Positions 38,061 through 51,606 of a stretch of DNA of 64,000 nt are shown piece by piece (positions within the stretch are counted from its first letter, which is position 1; every line of letters begins with the position of its first letter). The notes under the pieces are model-generated. The model searched no databases. It was not told the DNA's origin and worked only from the letters and a program-made list of their open reading frames with translations. The stretch lies in contig NC_068982.1 in NCBI RefSeq assembly GCF_001194135.2, positions 167,268,750-167,332,749 on the forward strand, written 5' to 3'. This stretch comes from Octopus bimaculoides (lineage: Eukaryota). Made by a program: the position numbers and the translations under genes.

Positions 38061-38420
38061 CTTTAATATAAGTTGTTTGGGATTACCATACATGGTGTAG
38101 CATAGATTTAGGTCTCAAGGTCTCATAGTAGCTAAATCACTGTCTTGTCAGAAATCTCAAGTTATTAGGATGCATCTTTGATCGACACTGGACCATCTTC
38201 ATGACATTGTCATATGTAAGCATAATATTCATGATCTTTGTAGGGTTAGTCTTGCATAAGACAAGACTGCATAGTAGGTGGATCACTTTCTCGTGGAAAG
38301 TTAGTTACGCAGGCAGCTTAGAAAAATAAGTCGAAGAGAATGAATGGAAAGAAGGTCAGTGGTTATGAAATAAGAAGTTATGAAAGAAGTAACGGGGACA
38401 ATATATTTAAACTTAACAAG

Positions 38421-38461
<41 letters not shown>

Positions 38462-38854
38462 ATGTGTGTATGTATGTGTGAGAATTAACTATCTATTTCA
38501 GAGAAATTGGACAATTTAAAAAAAGAAACTCATTTTTATTTAAGTTTATCATGTTTAATATCTATTAAAAGTGTATAAAGAAGCATTCTGATGAATTTTG
38601 GGGGAGGGAAAAAAGAAACAACAAAATGAAGCAGCATGACCTTTTTTTTTTTTTACATAGAATTTCTTAGCCTACATATTACAATATGTAAATAAAAACA
38701 TTTTAAGAGAAATATGTATGGGAATAAATAATAATAATAATAATAATAATAATATTGTAAAAGGGAATGTTCTTACCACGAAAGATGTTGACTACTGCTT
38801 GAGGGCTGGTGGTGAATATGAGTTATGGGAAGATGAGGGACACTATTTTCTGTC

Positions 38855-38992
38855 TTACAATTCATCATCATCAATATCTGCTTGAGGAGTAAAGAACCTA
38901 TCCAAAGTTATTTGATGTTTATGATGCATTGTGTCTTTGTGCAGCTCAGTGTAAGAGCTGAGCTCATTGTAAAATCCTCTTCTAATTTTTAT
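38855..38992 (-). mobile_element. pogo/Tigger-like transposase C-terminal remnant
   Basis: KIRRGFYNELSSYTELHKDTMHHKHQITLDRFFTP ends in a QxTLxxFF (PIP-box-like) motif typical of pogo/Tigger C-termini. Confidence 0.55.
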
Positions 38993-39404
38993 TACATACA
39001 TGTATCTATGTTCATATAAAGATGTGTGTGTGTATGTATGGATGTATACATGCATGCATGTATGTGTATGCATTTATGTATAATACACTGGCAATGCTTA
39101 TAATCTCAAGTAATAAGTTATTAGTTTCAAGAATCTTAAGTGCTATTAATGAATTTATATGAAATCAAATATATCACCTGTTGATCATTTTCATAGACAT
39201 GTATGTACTATTACCACTTTTGTTTAGTGACATTGTAGGTCAACAGATATTCTAGGTTACTTTTGTCATTTATCTCATTACTATTACTATACACGAAGTA
39301 TTTACATGTATTTACATCATTATATTTTTTTTGTATTTCCTGCCAAGAATTTAGATACTTTAAAAATTACAAATTTCTAGTCGAGTAACTAGCTCTTGAG
39401 ATTC

Positions 39405-39625
39405 TTTTACTTGTTTCAGTCAGTTGACTGTGGCCACGCTGGAGCACCACCTTTAGCCAAACAAATCAACCTCAGGACTTATTCTTTTGTAAGCCTAGTA
39501 CTTATTCTATCAGTCTATTTTGCTGAACCACTAGGTTACGGGGGGGCGTAAACACACCAACATCAGTTGTCAAGCGATGGTGAGGGGACAAACACAGACA
39601 CACAAATACATGCATACATACATAT
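39405..39625 (-). mobile_element. 3' module of composite SINE
   Basis: TCTTTTACTTGTTTCAGTCAGTTGACTGTGGCCACGCTGGAGCACC...GGGGACAAACACAGACACACA. Confidence 0.85.
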
Positions 39626-39627
39626 AT

Positions 39628-40010
39628 ATCATCGTCATCATTATCATCATCATCATCATCATCATCGTTTAATGTCTGCTTTCCATGCTGGCATGGGTTG
39701 GACGGTTTGACTGAGGACTGGTGAGCCAGATGGCTGCACCAGGCTCCAATCTGATCTGGCAGAGTTTCTACAGCTGGATGCCCTTCCTAACGCCAACTAC
39801 TCAGAGAGTGTAGTGGGTGCTTTTACGTGCCACCGGCACAAGGGCCAGTCAGGTGGTACTGGCAATGGCCACACTCAAGTGATGTTTTTTACGTGCCACC
39901 TGCACAGGAGCCATTCCAGCGGCACTGGCAGTGCCCTCACTCGAATGTTGTTTTCCACGTACCACTGGCACAAGTGCCAGTAAGCCGACTAAGGAGAATA
40001 TGTTGCTGAA
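39628..40010 (-). mobile_element. RTE LINE 3' UTR copy
   Basis: Long (CAT)n tail then CGTTTAATGTCTGCTTTCCATGCTGGCATGGGTTGGACGG... Confidence 0.9.
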
Positions 40011-40067
40011 AATCAGACCATTTCTAGAGTTATTAAAATCTTGTAATAGAAGTTTGAATTTTATTGT

Positions 40068-40250
40068 GTATGTGGCTGTGTGGTTGAGAAGCTTGTTTCC
40101 CACCCATGTTTTCTTGGATTGTCCCATTGCATGACATCTTGGGCAAGTGTCTTCTAGTACAACCCCAGGTTGACCAAAACCTTCCAAATGAATTTGGTAG
40201 ATGGAAACTGAAAGAAGCCAGTCATATATAAATGTGTGTGTGTGTGTGTG
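40068..40250 (+). mobile_element. tRNA-derived SINE head module
   Basis: GTGGCTGTGTGGTTGAGAAGCTTGTTTCCC...GGGCAAGTGTCTTCTA...GATGGAAACTGAAAGAAGCC followed by (TG)n. Confidence 0.8.
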
Positions 40251-42694
40251 CACATGTACATGTTTTGCATTTAAAAAAATTTGCAGTAATTAGGATGAAA
40301 GGCAAACAAAGGGAGTGAAGTTCAAAAATAGAAAAACACAACTGAGTGGTTAAGTTGTAATTATGGTATCTCAAAGTTTGATCCTTCTTTGAAGCATCTT
40401 GGAGAAGTGTCTCTTACTATAGCCTCAGATTAACCCAAACCTTGTGACTTAAATTCGATAGATGGAAACTGTGGAAGTCCATTGAATGGCTTGTACATGA
40501 AATTCAAAGGTTCAGGTTTGTCACACTGTCTTGTTGATTCTGCTTAAGAATTACTTGAAGTGTACAAGTATTAGTGGAATACTCAACCACATACTTGCTA
40601 ATTCAATGACTTTGCTCCTTCTTGAACCTGATGGAGATTCATTTACTTCACTTTCAATTGCTTTGAAAGTTACTTACGTTAAACCAATGATCTATCCTAA
40701 TGAGCTGAAATGTTTGTCAAACAAGTTTTTGCCTATGTGTTAGTTTCAGCTTAGTTGTTAAGTGTTTCACAAATTACAATTGTTTCAGAACAGTGACAAC
40801 ACACAGTATATGTACTTATTATTGTCCTTTGTAAATACTGTCCACTTTTGTTTGCAAATAAAGCTCTTTTAATTGCTTTTTGTACAATTTTCACCACCTC
40901 TCTGGATGTCAAATCTGTTAGCACTTTTTTTTTCATTTGCTTCATTCTTTTAAGGACAGAAAGTTGAGCAATATGATGATATTCATTGCTGAATGTCTGT
41001 ATTTAATATCTTCATCTATTTTGCATGCTTATTTACCATTTGATGTTGACAGTTCTCTCCATTCTTTCTTTTGCCCTTCACTACATCTCTCTTTCTTATA
41101 CTTTCTCCCTCTTTCCTTCCATCCCTTGATATTTTTCCTCTCTCCTTTCATCTTCTCTTTCTCTTTTACATACTCTTTTCCCACTTTACAACTCTGTTTC
41201 TCCTTTCTACTCTTTCGCAGTCCCTTGAATACATTTTTCAGCTCATAGGTCATGCATTCATATTCACTGCAGACATTTCTTTGTAACTATAGAAAAGGTA
41301 CTTAATTTTTCATATCTCACATCACTTAGGTATAACAAGTATCCTTGGTGTTCTGGTAATGTTATCTGTGATGTACTGCTGTCTTACTTGGTTTATGCAG
41401 TGCTTTTTATTGTCGAATGTATCTTAAGTTATCTGATTTCTATAATCTGAGCATATTTCTCTTGTATGGTTATAAACAATTGTTTTTTTCTGCTTACTTG
41501 AATGTTGGTGATGTGTTGTCTCCCTGGAGAGGATGGTGAATGACAAAATTGTTAGTGCATTGGACAAATTGTTTTGTGGTATTTAATAATGTCCCTTTAC
41601 ATTTTGAATTCAAATCTCCTCTTAAGTCAGCTTTCATAAAACAAAAACTGGTAGTGTATTGAGTTGATTATATCCCTTCCCCAAATTGTTCCATTTTACC
41701 AAAGTTAGAAACCATTAGATGTACATGAATTTGCATACCACTGTAAAAATATACAGTTTGTACTGTACTCCATGTAACATTAACTTTAATACATTGTCGA
41801 TATTCTTTTCTTTCAAAACATTGATAATGAACTATTGAATAATTCATTGGTTTACAATTATTTCATAGGATCATGCTTTGCTTTATTTTGTATTTCATTT
41901 AAGAGTTGATAACTTACATACCAGTAATGCAATAAGAATTGATTAGTCTTAGAGAAGGTTCTTTTAGAGTACTTCAGTAAACAGCGATTCAGATGTTTAT
42001 CTGATTGCAGAGGTGTAAAACTGTCATTCTAACACCACAACAACGTGAGCAAATCAACAAGGAATTTTCTTTGTACTCAACCTGTCATTGTTCTTGTCAA
42101 TTCACCCTCAACCAGCAACTGTTAAACAAAAAAGTGTTCACCTCAAATTTTAAACTCTGTATCAGGCAAGTGTTTATTCTTGATAATGACAGGTTGGTTA
42201 TAGCTAAGATGCAAACATTTTCTGCTCTCTGCTCAAACAGTTGTAACAGCACTCTCATCAATAATAACAGCATCAACATTTTACTATTACTAAAGAGCTG
42301 ACATAATTTTTAGAAATGACTTGTAGAATAACTGTATCATACGAAGTGAATCAGCAATTTGATAATACTTTCCCGTTTATCAGTTTTACAAATCATCATC
42401 ATTATCGTTAATGTTTGTATATGTTCATTTTGACCATGACAGTCTGGGTAGGATAGTTTTTGAAAATAGGAGGAATTTATTTTTGTAGCTGGATGCTGTC
42501 CCTGCAATCAACCTAAAGTAGGAATACAGTATGTTCTCAGCCAGGCACACTGAGGCAAAAATAAAATGCTCTGTCCAGGGTAAATCACAGCAACTGTAGT
42601 AAAGTTTGAAGTCCTGACTATGTGACAAGGTTGCCCAGCTCTTGAATTCATAGCTGTTGTGTCTGACAACATTCAGTTAATCTTTGCCTTTAGT

Positions 42695-42739
42695 ACTAAA
42701 CCTTTGCAGGCACTAAACCTTTGCAGGCACTAAACCTTT
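42695..42739. repeat. 17-bp tandem repeat ACTAAACCTTTGCAGGC x2.6
   Basis: Units start at 42695, 42712, 42729. Confidence 0.95.
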
Positions 42740-42954
42740 ACCTGAGGTGTTGTGTATTAACATATCCTTCTCTAATAACAAAAAACATCACCATTTAGTG
42801 TTCATATTCAATGCTGGCATCGATTGGACAACAGTGATTAGACATTCATGTTTGAATCAACTAGAATTTATTGAGAATGAATGGATACATTATTAATTAC
42901 CTTTCTTGTTATACTGATTACTATTTGAATTCTTGAAAAATGAAAGCAACTGTT

Positions 42955-43320
42955 TATTGCTGGCATGGGTTGGACGGTTTGACTGAGGACTGGCGAGCCA
43001 GATGGCTGCACCAGGCTCCAATCTGATCTAGCAGAGTTTCTACCATTGGATACCCTTCCTAACGCCAACCACTCTGAGAGTGTAGTGGGTGCTTTTATGT
43101 GCCACAGGCACGAGGGCCAGCCAGGTGGTACTGGCGATGGCCACACTCAAATGGTGTTTTTTATGTACCACCTGCACAGGAGCCAGTCCAGCAGCACTGG
43201 CAACGACCTCGCTCGAATATTGTTTTTCACAAGTGCCAGTAAGGCGATGCTGGTAATGTTCACGCTCAATGGTCCTTTTTATGTGCTACCGGGAGCCAGT
43301 CAGTGGCCCTGGCATTGTGT
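42955..43320 (-). mobile_element. RTE LINE 3' UTR copy lacking the tail
   Basis: GCTGGCATGGGTTGGACGGTTTGACTGAGGACTGG...AACGCCAACCACTCTGAGAGTGTAGTGGGTGC plus repeated modules. Confidence 0.9.
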
Positions 43321-44877
43321 TTATAATATTTTGGTTTCAGTCTTTGACCTGTTCATAAGTTGTGTGTTGCTTACTTGTAACTGGATTAAAAACAATTAGT
43401 TGAAATTATCTTAATTATTGCTAAATCAGCCTTACAAAGTCTCAGAAGTACAGATACTATAGCGAATGTATTTTTGTGATCAAACCTTGGAGAAACAGGT
43501 TAGCAAATGCTTTTAAATTGCCACTCCTGATTGACTGACAGTATATACACAGCATCTAGTGGGCATTAGGATTATAGCTGTCGAAAAGAGAACTCTGCCT
43601 ATATGTTATGCACATGAGGAAATGTGTGTGTGTGTATATAAATAAATACATGAGACTGCATAATATCACCTACGTGTTTGTTTTGTAGCAGAATCAAATT
43701 CTGTTTAAGCAGTCAAATTTGTTTTCATGTCTGATATCATAAACATATGTTTGTTTAAAAAGCTGATATTCATAGTGACTTGACCAACTCACCCTTCATA
43801 CTCAATCATTTGTCTGTGTGTTAGTGTATTACTGTGAATTCAAGCTTAGAGTAAGGTTTGGTAGATAAGTTGCATAAGATTATTCTCTTGCCCCCCCCCC
43901 CCTTTTGTTTTTAAACTATGACTTATGTATGAGCATATATGGTATTGCTTTTGTATTTGCTGGGTCTGGATGAAGACAATGGCTTTCAGTGGAAGTTTCA
44001 CATAGACTCTCCTGTATCAGTGAGAATGATGCAATTAATGTTCCTCTTGAACTTTTCTAAGTCAACTCCTACTGGAAGATATGAGCTGGGAGAAAATTCC
44101 AGAGAGCTGACATTCCAGTAAAGAAAGTCTAGGTATAGTGATTATTGCTGGGAATAGGAAGTTGGATTACCACAAGGGTGATGAGAGGAAGACAGACAAG
44201 TAAAACTAGAATACTTGAGTGGAGGTGGTATCAGCCCAGCCAACTTCAAGGAGCAACAGACCATTATAATAGTGATAGAGAAAGCTGAGATAAGAGACAG
44301 CATGACTGTTTATAAAATGAAATATAATTGAATATCTATGAGTAGAATACAAAATAGTCTGGTCACATGATTAAGTTGATGTCATTAGTCAAGAAATTTT
44401 TTCAGTTTCAGCTTTAAATATAGTGACAATCTGACTCTTAGAGCCCTCTGAATAATTTGAAGTAAAGAGGAGAAAAAAATAGAAAATAAAAAGTAATTTA
44501 TAAAAACTAGTAGACAAAATTTCAACTTTGGGAATTCAATGAACAGAAAGAAGATTTTATCACAAATCCTAGTTGATGTGGAACAAACAAAAATGAAGAT
44601 AACTATGTCAAAATGGTATAAGAGACTGTTTTAGTTAGCATTAACAAGCAAAGGAGAAAAGCAGCTGCAAATATACCGCAATCCTCATACTTGCAACATC
44701 TGCAGGCTTCTTTGTAAATCATTCGTGGGTCTCAGATGTCATAGTTAACATAAGCATTATGACTGACAAAGAAGGTGTTGGTTGTTGGATCCTCATACGT
44801 TGAAACTGACAGAAGGGTTCATCATATGTGTGTGTGTGTGTGTGTGTGTGTGAACGCATGCTACAGATTGTTTGTAT

Positions 44878-45265
44878 AGCTTTTACTTGTTTCAGTCATA
44901 TGACTGTGGCCATGCTGGAGCACCACCTTGAAGAATTTTAGACTTTAGACAATCAAACTGACCTCGGTACTTATTTTTAAAGCCTGGTACTTATTCTGTT
45001 GGTTCCCTTTTGGCAGACTGCTAAGTTATGTGGATGTGAACACATTAACACTGGTTGTCAAGCAGTGGTGGGGTACAAACATAAAGACCCCCCCCACACA
45101 CACATGCGTGTACACACATGCGTGTACACACACACACAATGGGTTTCTTTAAGTGTCCAGCTACCAGATTCACTCTCAAGACTTTGGTTGGCCAAAGTTC
45201 CATGCAGTGGAACTGAACCTAGAACCATGTGGTTGGGAGGCAAACTTCTCACCACACAGCCATAC
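44878..45265 (-). mobile_element. Composite tRNA-derived SINE
   Basis: 3' module, internal (CA)-rich tract, and head GGAACTGAACCTAGAACCATGTGGTTGGGAGGCAAACTTCTCACCACACAGCC. Confidence 0.88.
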
Positions 45266-45696
45266 CTTCTTAATTCTTTTTCATAAAAAAGTTTTTTTCC
45301 TTCATTTGATAATTTTGATTTGGTATTTTTAGTATATATAACCCGTCTGTGGCCATTAGTTTGATTCTTATTAGCTGGTGATGATGATCATTTAGTTTTG
45401 TGAAGGTGAAAGGTGGTTATAAAGGATTAAATGAATCCTGATGTAGTAATAATAGTTATTTTATTTAGTGACTGTTGTCACTAAAATGAATAAGTACTAG
45501 TCTATACTTATGCTTAAGTATACATTATAATGCTATCTCTATATACTTAACTTCCTCATTATAGAGATTTTCTCAGAATTGATAAGACATTTTTCTTGCT
45601 CTAACATTTTTCTGTCTTTAACACTCCATTTGTAAATTGGTAAATGGGCCATTTTCAGAAACTTTTACAAATTGTAGTGCTGCACTATTTGTTCTA

Positions 45697-46080
45697 GGAG
45701 GCGCAATGGCCCAGTGGTTAGGGCAGTGGACTTGCGGTCATAGGATCGCGGTTTCGATTCCCAGACCGGGCGTTGTGGGTGTTTATTGAGTGAAAACACC
45801 TAAAGCTCCACGAGGCTCTGGCAGGGGATGGTGGTGAACCCTGCTGTACTCTTCCACCACAACTTTCTCTCACTCTTACTTCCTGTTTCTGTTGTGCCTA
45901 TAATTCAAAGGGCCAGCCTTGTCACACTGTGTCACTGAATATCCCTGAGAACTACGTTAAGGGTACACGTGTCTGTGGAGTGCCCAGCCACTTGCACGTT
46001 AATTTCACAAGCAGGCTGTTCCGTTGATCGGATCAACTGGAACCCTCGATGTCGTAAGTGATGGATTGCCAACAACAAAA
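45697..46080 (+). mobile_element. Full-length tRNA-derived SINE (384 bp) with 10-bp TSD ATTTGTTCTA
   Basis: TSD 45687-45696 and 46081-46090; A box TGGCCCAGTGG (45707-45717); B box GGTTTCGATTCC (45750-45761); 3' hairpin 46018-46043; (CAA)n/A tail. Confidence 0.92.
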
Positions 46081-46895
46081 ATTTGTTCTAAGAAGCCATC
46101 AGGGAAACAAAAATTCTTTTGCTTTTCTTTAAAGAGTTTTTGTTTATCCCCTGATTTAGCAGACCTATGATCAAAGGCATTCAACTCTATCTTTGTATGC
46201 AGGATTTCATTAGCCAAAGTGTCCTTTGTTTATTTCAGATGATATAGTGCAATTTGAGGAGATTTAGCTACTATCTCTAGCAGTTTCAATGGTCATGTAG
46301 AAACTTACTTGTTCGTTTCTCCTTAAAGAGTTGTGTTCATATCCTAATGAACAGTTTTTTGTTTTTAAGAGAGAATGACTTGAATAGTAGGCCAATGAAT
46401 AAGGTTTCCTATGATGTTGTTGTTGTTGGTGCTGGATATAAATAGTGAGGGTGAGGGAAGAATGGATGGGTTGTTCAATAGAAAGAAGAGGAAGTGGAAT
46501 TTTGATTGGTTTTAATTAGTGTTTGAGGTATAAAATTTGGCAGAAAACACTTAGAGCTAATTTTTCGCATAATATGCATGTTTATTGAATCATTGAAATT
46601 GATTTACAAATTTATTGAGTTCTAGTTGGACCTACTTCTATTTTGCTGACATCTGTTGTTGTTGGGGATACAATAATATCTGGTGGAGTAGGTTGTCATT
46701 GTTAAAATTTAAAAAAAGAAAGAAAAAGGTCATCTCTAAGTAATCTCAAGTGTGTATTTATTTATATCATTAATCTAAGAAGATTCATCAGCAATAATAT
46801 TTAAGGAGTGAGGATTACTATTTGGAGTGGTTTATAAACCATTTTGCTTTCAGGCAATAGGAGTATTGTAGCATATTCTGGTTAATTGTTTTATT

Positions 46896-47027
46896 AAAGA
46901 TCATCAGAGCTGGTTTCTATGGGAATAATTCCTCCTGCTAAAGATCACCAGAGCTGGTTTCTATGGGAACAGTTCCTCCTGCTAAAGATCACCAGAGCTA
47001 GTTTCTATGGGAACAATTTCTCCTGTT
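46896..47027. repeat. 44-bp tandem repeat x3
   Basis: AAAGATCACCAGAGCTGGTTTCTATGGGAACAGTTCCTCCTGCT units at 46896, 46940, 46984. Confidence 0.97.
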
Positions 47028-47199
47028 TTGTTACATGTCATTGTAGTGTTTCTCTGTTTGAAATAAAGTTCTAGTATTGACTACTTCCTTTTATATATGT
47101 TTGTCTTCTAAAGCAAATTGGCTAAGTGAAGATTGCATTGAATTACCAGCTCATAAGTCTTTACTTCAAATTCACTGGAACTATCCAGTGTGTATTTAA

Positions 47200-49680
47200 A
47201 CCGTACACTCTTCAAATCTCCTCGCCTTTGGTGGATTTTTTTTGTATTTTGTCTAGTCAAGAGGAAGGGGTGTGCCCACGATTTCTGTGGATCCTCTAAG
47301 ATGAATGAGATTGATGTTGTTAACATTCTGCATAACTGTTTTAAGTTGATATCTGCAGGAAAAGCTTGTGCAGGATGGGAATTTCAGAGGACTTATTGAC
47401 TTTCTGAAAATGAAGGATTGGGTGTAGGAGATAGAGTAGTGTGCACAGTATATGATAAAAGGAGGAGAGACAAGTGAGTATTTGAGTGGAGGTGGCAGAA
47501 GCTGTTGTTACTATAGCAAAACAGGAAGAAGAATCAGTACATCTGTAGACATGGAATTTGAGTCTATTTGTAAGTGATATCATACCAGTCAGTTGAGTGG
47601 CCTTTCTTTAGACACAGCAAAGGATACCTATTTGTGTATAACTGTAGTACTTTCCCAGATATGAAAAAAGTGCTGGATTGTGTGTTTTACCTGAACTTTG
47701 TAGAAGGCTAGTAGCTGTTGGGGGTAGAAGTATTTTCTGACTCTGAAAAGTAAGGCCAATCTTTCGGATGCAGTCTTCAAGTTGAGGGTATTCATTCACC
47801 AGGTGAGATATTCAGTGATAGGAAGACCTATTATTTTAAACTGTTGTTGAGAGCGCTAATTGCATACTGTTTATGCTTAAAGGAGTTTGAAGTTCAATTA
47901 TGCTTTCTTAATATGTGCATTAGGGGATGTTTTTTTAGGCCTTTTCATAATGTCAGTGCTGTGAGGTGTCTAGGTTACATGGATGACGCTTAGGTATAAA
48001 AAGTTAAGAGGAATGAAAGATAAGTATGAGAATGGAAATTGTTGGAGCTGAAGGCAAGTAGGTTGGAAGAAGGGTAAAAATAAAATCTGAACTCCTTGGA
48101 CACTCTCAAGTTGATAGTGAGTGTTAGAATGAGCTTCATCAGCACATACCAGAAAAGTGTGATCTGACAGGAAGCTACTGAATAGAGATAAAAGACTAAC
48201 AAAATCCATTGACCAGCAGTTTTTCTGGAAGATTCGTATACCAGACACAGTTGAAAAGTTTACTGATGTTAAAGGTAACAACATTACTTTCACCAAATTT
48301 TTTCTGGTGAATGTAAGTGATTAGCTTAAAGATTTTGTTGATTCTCCATCATCTTTGACATATTGAAAGTGAATATAATAGGATGGTAGTTGGCAAGGTC
48401 ATAGAGGTTGCCTTTCTTTAGAATGGGACACACTATAGAGCACTTTAAAAAGTTTGAATGTATCTAGAGAGAGAGAGAGAGGGAGAGATTAAAGAGTTTA
48501 GTGAGGACAGGGATAATAGGAGAGACCATGCTACTCTGTTGAGGAAGCAACTGGAAAAACCTAGCATTTAGCTTATGGATATGTTTGCTGGAGTAGAAAT
48601 GGGTAATTCTGGAGATTCATCTGGTTTGGAATGTGGAGTTGGATGCAAATTAAGCAGCAAATATGGGGGTTTTCTTCATGGGAATAACTGCTCACTGAAC
48701 CATAATAGTTGAGAAGTAAAGGAAAGGAGGATTCTGAAAAGTTAATACAGATAACTTTGGCAGGGGACCAAAAGGATCAGCTATAGTTTTGGCAGCTGGA
48801 GAGCTTGGAAAACTTTATAATGCACAGTGGTAATCTTTGCAGTTTGGATGATTGTTTTGCATGAATTGCAGTGCCATCCTGTTTGTAGGAGTGAGTGATT
48901 TTCTCCAAGAAGTATAGGACATGACTTTCGTTTGAATGGTTACAACATTGTTATAAGGGCTATGAGTATGAAATATTGAGGACGTTCCTAAAAAGATGCT
49001 TTTATTTCCCATCTAGCTATTTCTGATGGGTCAGTGGTGAAGCACATGTGCTGCCAGTGATAGTTAGCACAGGACTGGTGGATCAGGAACGGTCAACTCA
49101 CTGGAAGTGCCAAAGGGTCTGGAAGGTGGCAAGTGGCATTGTAGTATACAGATGTGTAACAGGTAGGCATGAAGGCAGTGGTCAGATGGCCCAGTAAGTG
49201 CAGAGACAGTTATGGTTTGGAAGAAGTGGAGTTTAATGATGAGAAACAGATGAAAAATGTTTGGAGTGATTGCGTGCAGAAGATGAAGTTAGTTAATATA
49301 GTGTGCTTCTATTCTGGTGGCATTAGTGTGAGATTGGAGAACAGTCATGGGCATTGAAGTCACTGAGGATGATGACTTCAGGGAGGGCTGTGAAGTGGAA
49401 GTCCTTTATATTAGAAGAATTATAGTCAAAAAGTTATGGTGATTGGAAGTTTGGATTGCAGTACAGGAAACAGATGTACTTGAAAGTGTGGTGGAGGGGA
49501 CTTTGAGTCAGAGTAGCTGGAAATCTTTCTTGCTGATATTCAGGTGAATGGTGAAAAGAGAGGAATCTACATATGTACAGACACTGTCCTTCAGGGTTAA
49601 ATGCTACTTTTTCAGAGTGTGTGTATATACCACGTTATCTACAAATATTAACGGCATTAGACTTGCATTCTCTTCAGTGG
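47200..49680 (-). mobile_element. Decayed near-full ORF2 of a CR1/L2-group LINE (AP endonuclease + RT)
   Basis: Minus frames: YICFLYCNPN (49478-49449), EVIILSDFNAH (49379-49347; GDFN motif), FGESNVVTFNISKLFNCVWYTNLPEKL (48297-48217; DISKAFDRVWH motif), FSSFLSDHTF, RKIGLTF; correct order and plausible spacing; many stops and frameshifts. Confidence 0.85.
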
Positions 49681-51549
49681 AGATTTATCAATCATCTACT
49701 TAATGCTGTAAAATTGTTTTAAGAACTAACCTATGAAAGTTCCTTGGCAAGCTTATCAGAAACATTTACATTTTTGTGTTGGGTCACATAGAAAAAGCTT
49801 TACAGACTTTAGATTAGTATTAATTGGCCTTGCTATAGGTTTTCCATCCTGTACTAGGATGAAAATGTGGGTGTTGGTACAGTAAATGGTGATAACAATG
49901 TTTGTAAAGTATTAGAAAATAAATCCTTTTGCTATCTTTGAATTATCTTGCATAAAGATAATTTACATCTTTGTTCATTTTTGTATCTTCTTCAAATTTT
50001 GTGTTCACATTTCTGTAAATTTTCTATCTATATTTTTTTCTCCTTTTGAATTTATCATTTTACTTTCTACTTCAACCTAGGATTTGACTTGTAGTCTTGA
50101 CTTTAGACCTATTACTTGTTTGGCCATGTCTCATAATGACATTTGTTATTCTATTCCTGTAGTTTATGTCTAGAGAGTCACACTGAGTTAGATTGTGATC
50201 CCTGCTTGTTGAAGGAATTATAAACATCTCTACTTGGACCCTTAGTGACATTACTTAAAGAAGGTTGGAGATAGACCAACCAAAACATGTATAACCTAAT
50301 GATTGGATAGATTTTCTATCCCAATGTTGACTTAAATATAAAACCTTGGAATTTTGAATCCATGTCCTAGCTTTGATCATTGGTTTTAAGTAATAACTTG
50401 CATATAACAACCCATCTTATGATAACTCATTAACCACAAGCATCCATCACTAGGTAATATCTGATTTTAATCCAAGGTTTGTCATCATAAAGGCAACCAA
50501 CATGTCTAAAAAGTACATTTGAGTTCTGATCACTTGTTTTTCATTTTCTTTGCAAATAAGCAGTATTAGTGTTTCTTAACTGTCATTCTCAAGAAAATAA
50601 ATTATATTGCTTCTCACCTAGAAAATAAGTTCTATGTCTTTAAACTATTTTTCTACTTTAGATTAAAGGACGTTATGTTCTTTTAATTCTGTTTTATTAT
50701 AGTCTAGAAAATAAACATTGTTTATTACTTTCAAGTAGTTTCAGCTGTCACTGTCAAACCTTCTACTGGACCTAAATACAAACTGTCTTGGCCCTAGCTC
50801 TGACTGGTTGAATAACAGGCTAGTTACCACCATACCTTACAAGTAATAGCTGTTAGTATGTTTGAAAAAAGCTTTTAGCTCTTGTTCAAAAATTTGCTTG
50901 ATAATTCATGTAAATCTTTCAGTTTGCAAAACAAATGATGAGAGAATGTATATACAAAGTGAGTTTCATAACCCTCTGTGTTGTAAGGATTCCTAGTGTG
51001 ACAAATGGAGTACATTCCTTCTCAAAAAGCCACTGCAAATTTAATACTTGTTAATTATACAATTATGCTGATATACAAACTGGATTGTTGGTGATTCAAG
51101 ATATCTTGGCCATGGACTCACTGCTGTGCCAATCACAACAGCCTTTGACTCTTGACAAACTGGCTGACATACAAAATGACCTAGTTGTTTAGTTCTACAT
51201 CACTACATCAACCTGATTGAGTAGACATCTTATCAAAAGTGTTCCAGTTATGACTACCTCCACTCTTTTTCTCTTTGGGTCATTGCATATTTAGGACTAT
51301 ATCATCCAATGTGACTTTTTAAAATGAGAGGGTATAATTTGAAAGAAATCTAACTGCTATTTTGAGCAGATCATATGACCATCCAAGGATCTTTATTGGC
51401 TTCGCTGATAGTAGTGGCACACCTGTAGAAAACATTGCAATAAATAGCACAACAAATTAACAATTTATTGTTGATGCTATTTCACTCAGTGAAATTTGCT
51501 TAAGAGATTCTTCAGTTTCTATTTGTTAAGCACTTTGTGTGTGTATGTA

Positions 51550-51553
<4 letters not shown>

Positions 51554-51604
<51 letters not shown>
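51554..51604. repeat. (TG)n microsatellite, about 25 units
   Basis: Direct reading. Confidence 0.95.

Positions 51605-51606
<2 letters not shown>

Noticed and set aside
41029-41286. Lys/Glu-rich minus ORF and hydrophobic plus ORFs
   Set aside because: Translation of a low-complexity pyrimidine tract
45697-45770. tRNA gene
   Set aside because: A and B boxes are present, but I could not form a proper acceptor or anticodon stem; it continues into a 384-bp body with tail and TSD, so it is a SINE head
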